From NCBI GenBank assembly GCA_002633005.1, contig NMRA01000152.1, positions 233,182 through 297,181 of the forward strand: a DNA stretch of 64,000 nt. Direction: 5' to 3'. How positions within the stretch are numbered: position 1 is the first letter of the stretch; every line of letters starts with the position of its first letter. Source of the stretch: Phoronis australis. Its lineage: Eukaryota; Animalia; Phoronida. Below, in pieces: positions 14,136 to 26,100 of this stretch. The translations under genes and the position numbers were made by a program. The notes beneath the pieces were generated by a model. The model searched no databases and had not been told where the DNA came from. It saw nothing but the letters and a program-made list of their open reading frames with translations.

Positions 14136-17100
14136 ATGAAGTACGATGAAGTCCTTCAGACCTTGGGAGAATTTGGCCGCTACCAGCAGATCCAGTACTT
14201 CCTTCTCTGCCTCATATCCATCGTGTCTGCATTCCACTCGCTCAATATGGTGTTTGTTGGCGCCACACCAGAACACTGGTATGTGTATTGTAACTCCCAA
14301 TATGGTGTTTGTTTCGGCCACACCAGAACACTGGCATTTATATTGTAACTTCCAAGGTGGTGTTTGTTGGCGCTACACCAGAACACTGGTATGTGTATTG
14401 TAACTACCAATATGGTGTTTGTTTCGGCCACACCAGAACACCGGCATTTATATTGTAACTTCCAAGGTGGTGTTTGTTGGCGCTTCACCAGAACACTGGT
14501 ATGTGTATTGTAACTACCAATATGGTGTTTGTTTCGGCCACACCAGAACACTGGCATTTATATTGTAACTTCCAAGGTGGTGTTTGTTGGTGCCACACCA
14601 GAACACTGGTATGTGTATTGTAACTTCCGATATGGTGTTGACACCACATCAGAAGACTGAAATGTATATTGTAATCTCATTATGGTGTTTGTTGGCGCCA
14701 CAGCAGAACACTAGCATGTATGTTGTAACTCCCAATAAAGTGCTTGTTGGTGCCACACCAAAACACTGTTATGTATATTGTAATTCCCAATATGGTGTTT
14801 GTTGGTGCCACACGAGAACAGTGCCATGTATATTGTAACTCCCAATATAATGTTTGTTGGTGCCACATCAGAACACAGCTTTAATGTATTAAATTGTAAC
14901 TTCCAATATGGTGTTTGTTGGTGCCATACCAAAACATTGCTATGTGTATTGTAACTCCCAATGTTGTTCTGGAGCTGCAGTCATCAACATATTGTTTTGG
15001 TTTGTGTCACCTAGCTCATCTAATACACAGTTATGGATGAAAATTTTCAAAATAAAATGTTATTGTATAAAATACCTTTTGTTTATAATCATGCCTCATT
15101 CTGTGCTTGGAATATGTTGAAATTTTGTTTATTTGTTGGAATTAGGTTGAATTGTTTTTCTATATTATAGTAACTGGAGCATTTTCTAAATCTGGAATAA
15201 TTTATTGTATCTAAGTTCTTATACCTGTAGGTGCACCATTCCAAATGCAACGCAATTGTCAGGCAAATTTGGTGGAAATCTCTCAAATGACCATTTGCGA
15301 AACCTCACGTCGCCTTGGAAACAGAACAAATTCGGCGACTGGTCACGTGACAGCTGTATGGCGTATAATGTGACTGAGATATTAGATGATGAGGCGCTGG
15401 TCATGTACAATTACAGTTCATGGATGAGTCAGGACGTCAACAGAACCACATACGCATGTGACTCTTGGCAATACAGTCAAGACGTGTTTCACCATACTGT
15501 TGTAACACAAGTAAGACACTGTTGTTTGCTTCCAGTGGTTTTCAATGTCTTCTCAATAACCCCGTGTCGTCATTAGTTGTGTTCCAGTAGTAAACGTCCA
15601 TGGAGACTTCTACTTCTGAATCAGTAAATAACTCTGTGGCTGGGCGTGCGTTCAGTAACATTAGGACCTACGCTAGGACCTAGCTTAAATCTAGCTAAAG
15701 TCGCGTGTTTTCATTTAAAATACACGGCAATATCTCACGTAATATCCTGAAGACTTGCTTTTTAGCGAGGTCCTAGCGTTAGTGAACGGGAGGCGGGATT
15801 CATCTAGTGACCCTACCTTGTTGCCAGTAGTGATGGTCTATTTTGTGAAGAGTCAAATTCGTGATGGCTGTGGTCAGAAAATAATGGCCAACAAACTTTA
15901 GCAACTCGGCAATTAACAGAATATTGATGCTCCCTGTGCGTGGTGCAACCAGTGCCAGATTCATAACGTGTTTTGGTCGTGATAGACCGGCCCAAAAATC
16001 CTCCCCTCATTTTCGGGTCTGTCGAAATTCCTGAGTAAACCACATGCCTTTATTTGGCCGGTTTAACATGCAATTTCGCGCTAATACATATTAGCTGATG
16101 GCGTTAAGATAACAGTTGCCTAATGAAATAACACGTCTGTTTTCACTTATTCGCTCTTTTAATAGAAAGTTCGAAATCTTCTTAAAATTTTGACATCCGT
16201 ACATGCGCTCTCCTTAAATATTGGTGACGTTTTAGCTGAGGTCGCTTTGGTCAGATCATTCGAGTTTGAAGTAACTTTTAGTATTACTAGGCGGTAAAGC
16301 GGTTTTCTTTGGTTTGAATTTCATATCCATTAAGAATTTAATTTACACTTATAATTTCAAAGTAAATACACAGAAATTAGCGTGGAATGTCAATAAACCT
16401 GAGTTAAAATCCCCGAGAAAGTAACAAATTTCATGAATTTATGAATTCGCAGTGCCGCAGTATTCTAAGTAATCCGTTCTTGTGGGTGTCGTGAGCGCGT
16501 GTGTGAACACTTGTGTGAACTGTAAAGTTTCATCGTTTTTTGCTGTTTCAAAATGAGAGTGATGGGTGACCGTGTTCAAGCACATACATTTCTGTCGTAA
16601 AGCGAAAATCCCAATCTGATGAAAATCGACACTTACTTCAAGAGTTAACAATTTTTGTCAGAAGACATTGAAAAAATCCGGAAGGAAGTTGGATGAAAAA
16701 TGACACTAAAATTGTTGAAAATTTACCGAAAGTTTTTGCTTCAAAATTCCATCTATTTTCCACAAAAATTATCGTGAACTTGTTAAGACCACCATGTTAC
16801 GATCAATGCTGAATGGCGGTTCGACCGTGACACAGATATTTGGTGGTTACCGTATACTATCCATAAACAAACATGTGTTACAAATTCTGTATCCGTGTTC
16901 GTTAAAAACGAATTGGTAGAGTATGTTGGAGTGATCGCGATATAATGCGACTCGATTGTGCTTTTCCTGAACCTTCTAATTCAATGTGTATATATTGGGT
17001 TAACTAAACACTTGTCGAAAAAGTGCTGTACTGTATAAACCCTAATGCTGCCGAAAAAAGTTTCATATTATGAACGTTATGTTGACGTTCAAGGCATCTC

Positions 17101-20100
17101 ACCATTCACTTAAAAGTAGTCCCATTGCCAGACCAGGCGTAATTATATGTTTATTGCCCCCTCAGCCCAGTGGTAATGAACTATTGAAATCGGTGATAAA
17201 AGCGTGACAAGTTTTTAGTCTCTGTAACCCCAGGGATTCTATCACGATCATTTCACGTTTTGTTAAAGAGGCAGTGCGGCCTAGTAGGATGGGCATCGGC
17301 TTCTTTTACTGAATTTTGTCGGTTTGAGTCCCACTGGGGCACACTGATGGACCCTTGAATGTGTTCCCTAGCTCCTCAGCTCGGTTTTAACAAAGCGTGA
17401 TCAGTACAATGGGCCCACCTGAGCGGCTGGCGCACGTCTGGTACAACATGTACAAAACCACCTGCAATTATTTTTTAATATATTAACCAGTGCCAGGTTA
17501 AGGTTTTGTTGGATCCGAAACTATAGGAAGTCTTGAAGACTTGGTGATTTGACCTCGGTGCTGCCCCATTCATCACGATACTGATTCATTCACAATCTTT
17601 TAATGGCTAAGCTGTCTCTGCTGACAACTTAGGTGCGTGATCTTAAATTTGGATCCCAGCTTTTCAAAATGTGACGAGTCCACGTTCTGTTGGCATTGTT
17701 GTTCTGGTATTAACCCTCTCTTGATACTAACCAGCGGATGGGTCTTTCTGTTAACATTGGCACTGTACAGTCTCACTAGGTTTTCTCTGGCAATGCACAC
17801 GTCAATGGATTTGCTGCCTGTCTTCCACTTTATCAGAAATGAAAAGTTGTGAATTGTTTAATGTCAAAAATTTATTCTGTTTAACATTTTTAGCGATTTC
17901 CTTTCCACTGAAAAAGGAAGCGAGGCTCCGAAAAAAGTTGTCAAAACTACAAAATTGACAGTTTTCGGCCCAAAACCACAACTTCAGTCTGCCAATGAAG
18001 GACTTATTCTAAGATAAAATTTCCTACAGATTCCAAAAATGTGGTCCAAAAGTGCTGCCATCCAACTAGATTTTTTTTGTAATTCGGATTGCTTGAGGAG
18101 TACCTGAAATCACAGCAGATTTCTCAGTCACTGCACATCAATGCAGCAATGCTATAAGTGGCTGCCATTTTGAAGAAAAATGTTACTGCAGCCGTAGTGG
18201 ACTTTTCTCATACCTAGCATGTTCACGTTACAAGTACACGCAAACCAGATTTAATGAACCCGATGGTAATGCCTGTCTCAAAATTGCAACCAAACCTGGT
18301 CTACCCCAAATATTTGATTTCTAGGGAGTGCAAATTCAGCCATCGCCTGCAGTCTAACTGTACAGTGCCCCCTATTACTGTGTGGTCAATAACTCAGTAT
18401 TCTGTGTGTGCATTCACCTTAACTCCTTGTATTTAGTTTAACCTGGTGTGCGATCAGAAGTTTATACTCACTACTGCCAAGATGCTGTTCTTTGCTGGGC
18501 GACTTGTTGGTGCATTTAGTGTGGGGCATTTGTCAGACAGGTGAGTTGTTCATATACAGCTGAACATGATAGTCCTTCATTTACAGTTGGGCTAAAGTCG
18601 TTGGATACTCATAAATCTCTTGCAATCTCTGAAGTTACAACTATTACTAAAATCTCTTGGTCTATTTACACCGACCTCTTGTCTATTTACACTGTCACGA
18701 CGTTTTGGTCGGTCTATTCTCCGGCCATTGGCGGGTGTTCCTACGTTCTTAGAAGAACAAGCACGAATATGTGGTACACTCATCATGGTGTGATTTTTTT
18801 GTCCAAGACAGGATTTGAACCCACGACTTCTGAAACTACAGATAATTTGAGTCCAGCACCTTAACCACTACACCACAGAGTCATAATACTAGTTGTAACA
18901 CGCCACCACCTCAGAGCGGTTTTAGAAAGTCACCTCTGATGTGTGCCGCACACATTCTCTTATGTGTTGCACACACATCTGCTATCAGGACCTGCCCCTC
19001 CATCCATCGACTTCTTGATATCCTGGCGTCTTGAAATTTATCATTAATAAAAATGCTCAATCGGTAAGGTATATTGTGTGTTATGGTTAGTAACAATTGT
19101 TAATAAAAGTTAATGTTTTTTGGGAGGAAATGACTTGTGGAAAATGATAATTTTATTCTGAACAAACTGTAGAAAATGAAAACTCAAGAGTGACTGTTTT
19201 TCATGTCCCCATGGTTATGATTCTGCATTCCCTTATTTCAGTTATATTTCAGACTGATGTCAGTAACAATGATGATCTCAACTCTTATTTCAGATTTGGC
19301 AGGCGGCCAGTGTTTTTCATCTTCATTGCTCTACAGGTGATCGTGGGGTGTGTTGTGGCCTTCTCACCAAATCTGCCCTTCTTTCTTGTCCTGTACTTCT
19401 TTCAAGGTCTCATACAGACTGGGGTGTTCCTAGTCGCTTATATTCTTGGTAAGACACATCGAGATCAACTAAAACGCATTATTGTGTCCATTAGGACTAT
19501 TGGCAGACAGCCGAACTACGAGCTGAGCTGATGGCTCACATCAAGCTGAGAACAACAGAGGGCGCTAGTGGCTACAAATTTTCTCATTTTCATGACTTGA
19601 TGTGAAGTTGTCTGCTCGGCTGTCGCTCACCTAAGGCTGCCAGCTCATATTGTAGCTCTCCGTCTGCAGTGACCTTTAGCACATTACATATTACATCACA
19701 TTTCCCAATCGGCAATTCAATGGTCTTAATAGTTGGAATTATTGTAGACACTTTCCACATCACGCTTACTTTTATGAGGGATTCTTTTGTTTGGAATTTC
19801 AGGGGACGTGGGTGTCAGTGATAACCACATTATTTCCCACACCATTTTAGATACTGTGGACTTAAAACTAAATTCGTCTTTGAAAATTAATGGTTTTCGA
19901 TGTTTGGTCTGCAAAATTTTGTTGATAACCAACATTATGAAAATGTACAAAGTAGGCATTGCAACTAATGTCTCTTTGTTGAGATGTCCCAACCTCTGTT
20001 GTGTTATCTTGCTGAGCATCACAATGGAGCGACTTGACAAGTGTGTACCACCCTTTATTAGTGATCTTAATTACCCCCAAAGAATGCACTGAAATTGGAA

Positions 20101-23100
20101 AGGGAGAGGGTTCCTGATGTAGAAAGTCTTAAAGGTAGATTGTCCCAAAAATGTGCTCACACTTCAAATGACAGTAACTGTGCTATTTAGGAACAAGATT
20201 ATTTGTTTATTGCTGGTCAAAATAAATGCGTTGTTGGTTGACTTGGGAAAATTTGTCTTCACACTTCCTTGGTGTTTTTGAGTTCCAGTAGCATTGCACG
20301 ACTAATTTTCATTCTCCAAAACTCAGTAATTTGCCATTCAGTGCAGTTGACAGCTCACGTTCCTCCTTTCACAACTGCATGTAACCTTACGGTAGGCTCA
20401 AGTGTAGAGTCTGTTCCATAATAACTGAATTTGAATTCCCAGGGTTGTACTTAAGTGTGTGTACATTTAGGAACACCCTGTATTGCTTACCCGGCCTTTG
20501 TCAATGTTCAGTGATTGATATATTTTCTTTGAGTTCCTATTGGCCTTTTACTGTTAGAGAGTTATGGGACATTTGTCCTTCTTCAAACCTACTGGTTGCA
20601 ATGTTTGTTCTCTGGTTTAATTGGTTGGTCAGATTCAGTTTTATAGCAATGCCAATCCAACACTCCACTGCAAGTATACCACAAATTTCTAACCATAGAA
20701 AGGGTCGGTCGTGCCTCAAAATTAAAAAGAAGCTTATTAGAAGTATGTGAAACTGGATCCCATGCTCAGTTTTCGAGAGGATTTGTATGATAAACCTTTG
20801 CAACTTTGTCCTCTTTGCTAATGGTCTGACGTTACGAATTTTGACATTCTACATATTAAAGGGATTGCCAGCATACACTCATTTGAGTCTGAATAAACTT
20901 AGGAATGAAGTTGTCCGCATACTGCAGAGAACAACTAACAGTTTATGGGGTCATGCTACTGTTGCATTTGGTGTACTGAAGATTATGAGTGTTTAGTCTA
21001 CATAAACTAGCGAGTATTTGACCGTGGTTTCGAGGCGGATTGCCACGGAGATTCTCCATTTTGGGACGCAACATAGCAGGAAAGTCAGGCGAAATTATAT
21101 TGTTTTCATTTCTGAACAAAAATGACTTTTCAGGAAAATTTGCTTTGGTTTTTGCACATGGTTTGCATGGCGTATTTTTTGAGCATTTGCAAACAATGTG
21201 GTAGGCCTCTGAAAAATAGAAATACATGGCAATTTTAGCAACTGTTTGTGTCCCATATTCAAGAATTTTTCTGTAGTTTGTGTTGATTTTTGTAGTCGAC
21301 AACTTGCTATGCGTGTTTTACAGGTACTGAGCTTGTTGGTCCCAGCTATAGGAAGGTGACGGGCTTTGTAATTCAAGGGTTCTACAGTATCGGCTTTATG
21401 TTGTTAGCTGGGATAGCGTACCTTATCTGGGACTGGAAATACCTGGAAGTGGCCATTAGCTTACCTGGCATTGTTCTCATAGTGATCTACTATTGGTGAG
21501 TCATCCAGTGCCTAAAAAATGTGGAGAGTGGAGTAATACCTGAGTATGGATCTATTTAACTGGGGTCGTTTTATCCAAGTTTGAACATCCACCTGTAGGT
21601 GATGTCATTGCAAATGTTTTTTCAGAAGAGTGAAAACATTGCAATTGATGAGAAGTTAATGATTATTCCTACTCAGACTTAATTAATGAGCTGTGTGCAA
21701 ATTCAAGTTGAAGTTACGACCATCTTGGCCAAGAGGGGACTTGCAACCTTTGATAAAACGACCTCCTGGGGCTGTTTTGTGATTATGCTTTTTGGAAAGT
21801 CGGACTGTGATTCAGACATCGTAGCACCATAATATCTCGGAGTTCTCTGAAATGCTGTTACGGCAGCAATGGTACAGAATTTGAAAATCATTGTATACAA
21901 CTTATTTGGTACACCTTTTCTTTTAGGGATAAATGCTGGGGAAAATAAGACTTCATATTTGTCCATCATCTTGGTGAGGTTTTTCTGTATGTGAATATCT
22001 TTTTTTGAATGAAATGTTTATTGATTCAATCATCCAATCAGTACATAGTTGTACAGCAATATGAAATCTAGTCAAGTACATCAAACAAATTACGAACTTT
22101 ATCGAACCCTATAAAAGCTAATTAAGCAAAAAAGAAGACCACCTTGCCTGGAATCTCTCAGGATCCAATTTATAATTGCAAATAATTTTTTCCAGGTTGT
22201 GGTAATCACATACCTCACGTAAAAATGACTGAGAATTGGGCTTAGCCTTTTGCAGTCTTTGCCTGTATAAGTGAAATTTCGCTAAGCAAAGAATTAAATT
22301 TAATCTTCTAATCTACAGGCTCCAAACAAGGCGGAAGACTTTTTTAACTGCAGAGGGAAATCTCACTGATTTATATTCCATGTTTTAAACATCCCCAAAA
22401 CTTCTGAACAATTGAACATTCCCAATTTAATGTAGAATTGTTTCTTCATGTTGCTCACAGAAAGAACATAATGACGATTCTCTATTTTCTTTAAATAAGA
22501 GTTTGTACCAATAAGTCTGTGGTTGATACGGAATTGAAACCATCTGAGTCTGACATTGGAAGTACTATCATGATAAATTACAGAATGAATTTTTTTCCAA
22601 GACTGAGTATCATCGCATAAATTAATTTCTCTCTCCAACTTCAATTCTGTGACAGGTTTTACATACAATTTGGAAATGAACAATTAATAGATTTTTCCCA
22701 TCACTTTATTTTCTGAGGAGATTTGAAAAATATGTTCTGGAAAAAGTGGAGTGACTATAGTACTGTTGTCTCTTTGATGGTTCCAAGAACGAAGTATTGA
22801 ACTTCGAATTCCATAAAAATGAGTAATGCAAGGGTAAAATTGAAAACGTGTACAAAAGGTATGATAATCATAAATATATCCTTTATCAGGGTCAATTAAA
22901 TCGTATACGTATCGTATACCCTTTTGAAGCCACTGGTTTCAAAAAATTGGACTACTGTCTATACAAATTTTGGGGTTATATCACAAAGGTTGGTACAAAG
23001 GATCATCTATCTCACGCAGATTGATAAATTCGTATAAGATATAAAAATATCCTTCCAAAAATATACTTGGTACGGTTAGCTACTTTAAGGAAAAAACAAG

Positions 23101-26100
23101 AACCTAACTGAAAAGAGTAATTTTTGTATATTATTATTAGGAATAGTTTCACATAAAATATTTAGCCAAGGAGTGTTGTTGTAATAAATTTTGAAGAATC
23201 TCCAAATCCAAGTCAGTTTGATAGCTATGACAAATAATGGAACATGGACCACATTCCCACCTCCATCTTCAGATTTCTGTACCATGGTTTTCCTATCTCT
23301 AGAGATTCTATCAGAAGAGGTACCCCATATATAATTAAAAAATATTTTTTAAGTGTCCTTAAAAAAAGTAGCACTTGGAAGAGGAAGTGTGTAAAAGAGG
23401 TGAATCAGTTTTGGTAATAAAAAAGATTTGATAACCGTTATCTTACCAAAGGTGGTTAAATTTCTTTTTGACCAATTTTCAATGCCTTTTCTATCCTCGT
23501 TTAATTTTACATCTTAGTTTAAGTGAATCATGTTGTGTAAGTTGACAGAGAAGGTAATTCCAAGAGATGTGCACTGGGAACTTGCCCATTTTAAATCTTT
23601 TTCATAGCAAAACTTATCACCACAACATATCTTGGAACCAATCCATATACAAACAGTTTTATCGATATTGGGTGTCAAACCAGAATACTTAGCAAACTGA
23701 TCAGGAAGGTTATAAGTGACGATTTTAAAGAGGTCTCTTAACCATCTAAATAGAGTACCTTGTCGTCTGCATATTGCATTAATTTATACTGTAACAAGCC
23801 TTCTCACATTGCCTCAACATAGATGCCATAATTTTGGCACACAACAAAAAAGATAAGGTGAAAGGGGATCCCCTTGTCTGCAACCTCGGCAAATGTTAAA
23901 GTACTTAGACGTAAAGCCATACTGAATGACCGAAAGTTGGACACTTTCATTGAGTATTGTAAACCAACGAATAATATCGTCACCAAAATTGAAATAGTGT
24001 AGAATTTTCTTCAGAAATACCCAGGACATAGAATCAAAGGCTTTTTTGAAGTCAATTAATACCAGAAGCCCAGAGTCATTATCAGGAGTTAAATATTCCT
24101 TCTTTGTTTTAACTATGATGTCTTTCACATTACTGATATATTCTACATCACGTAATAAGGATTTGTTAAGTCGCCATAGATCTTTACCTCTAGCAAATTT
24201 AGAGGCCTGAATAGAAGTCACGACACAATGATGATCAGTTCTACAACCTGGGGACGTTTCAATATTTTCTATCCAAGAGGAAAACTCGTTGTACACTAGA
24301 AAAAAGTCCAGATGCACTTGCTTACAAGGGTTAATTCTGAACCAAGTGTAGCTTGTTGTATTTGGGTTTCGTAACCGCCATGGGTCGACCAAATTTAACT
24401 GTGACATCAGACTGATAACTTGTTTTCTTGCAGACGGATTGTTTTGGTGCTTGTATCCTAAACAGTCAAGATTGAAATCCTGAAACAAATTCCAGTCACC
24501 TTAAATGATTATGAACTATGAATTGTAGTCAGAGACTACTTGAAGCAGGGTTCTAAAATTTGAGGGTCATCCTTGTTGAGACCATAAATATTAGCTAACG
24601 TTATTGAGTCTCGATTTTCGACAAGTAATTCGTAATTCGATGACAACAGGGTTACCTTTATCATCATGGTGGGTTCTACCAACTTCACATTCAAAGTTAT
24701 TATTTAGCAATATGCAGATACCTCTCGATTCTCTTGTTTCAGGGCTCATGAAAACATCATATCCTCACTGGGCCCTAGTAATAGAAATTTCTGATTCAAT
24801 AAAATGAGTTTCTTGAAAGCAATAGATACCACAACACTTCCATCTCAAAAATTCAAAGACATCCTTTCTCTTAATTTTGTCCCTTAGTCAGCAGTTTAAA
24901 GTTAAGATACTAACCATGTTCCGATGAAAGACATGACAAATCGGGTCCATAAATAAAAATACTAAGTGCGATATATATAGAACGTAGACAAGTTGGTGAA
25001 TCAACAAAAATTCCACCCAGAAATATGTAAAAAAACAAAAAGCGCGCGGCTAAAATGTACTTCACCACCTCCATGATACACACTGGACAACAGCTAAGAC
25101 AATACCCGCATTCATAGACCTGTGTTGATATGCAAATAAGGTGTAGACACAATGAAAGACTCAACTGAATGGAATGCTGCCCGCATCGGTCAACTTTACA
25201 AGTAGATGTAATGGGCCGATGCCTAAAAACAAGCAAAGACTGTCCTATCTGTTACAAAGTCAAATCAATAGCTAACATACCGTAGAAAAGATACCAAAAA
25301 CATACCGTCGGCAAAATGCTGTGTAAGCATATCATATGAGCAATAAACCAAACAATATTTTGCAATCTTAAGTTAATGAAATTATAGAAACACTATCTTC
25401 ACTCACACGCAGTCATTGGACTTGTTTAACCTGACGAACTCTCGTAAGTACGCAGGAATGTCCTGAAAATTATCCACGACTTACGATCAATATGAAGTGT
25501 GTCTCTGGTTAGGAAATCAAATTTCACTGAAGGACACTGCATTCAAAATCAGGATGAGCGACTTTCTCCTCTGTACCATTAGCCAGGGGAAATCTTCATT
25601 CACAAAAAATTCTGTACCCTTGAAGTACCTAATTTTCTCTTTTTGTTCGAAAAAGGTAAATTTCGCAATAATAGCCCGAAGTTTTCCATTCTTTTTCACT
25701 CCTGTTCTATGCACTCGCTCGAATGAGACGTCTGTTATGTTGAAAAGCGTTTTCAAAATGGCCACATAGCTTTTCTTTACAGGACTCTCCGTCGCTTTCT
25801 TGAATGCCACCGAATCTAAGGTTTGAACGGCGTGATTGAAACTCGATATTACATACTAGTTGTTTCATCAGGTTTTCATTTTCTTCCGTCAGTGCCCTTA
25901 TGTTTGGTTCATTGTTTTTAGAGCTTTGGCAATAGAATACTTGATTTCCGACAGAGTTGAGCTCATGCCTGCTAACTGTTCTTTGATAGATGAAAGCCAC
26001 GAGGGCTCTGTCTCGGGTGCAGTACGAGTTTCGCTACTCATAGAAGCTGACCTCGTAGCCACAGTATAATCAGCGATAGTCTTCTTCTGTTTAGAGCGAC

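Noticed and set aside
14246-14960. CRISPR-like appearance of regularly spaced repeats
   Set aside because: Whole units are repeated with no unique spacers, there are no cas genes, and the context is eukaryotic.
18810-18876. Possible functional tRNA gene
   Set aside because: A and B boxes are present but the acceptor and anticodon stems do not pair; treated as a SINE head or pseudogene.
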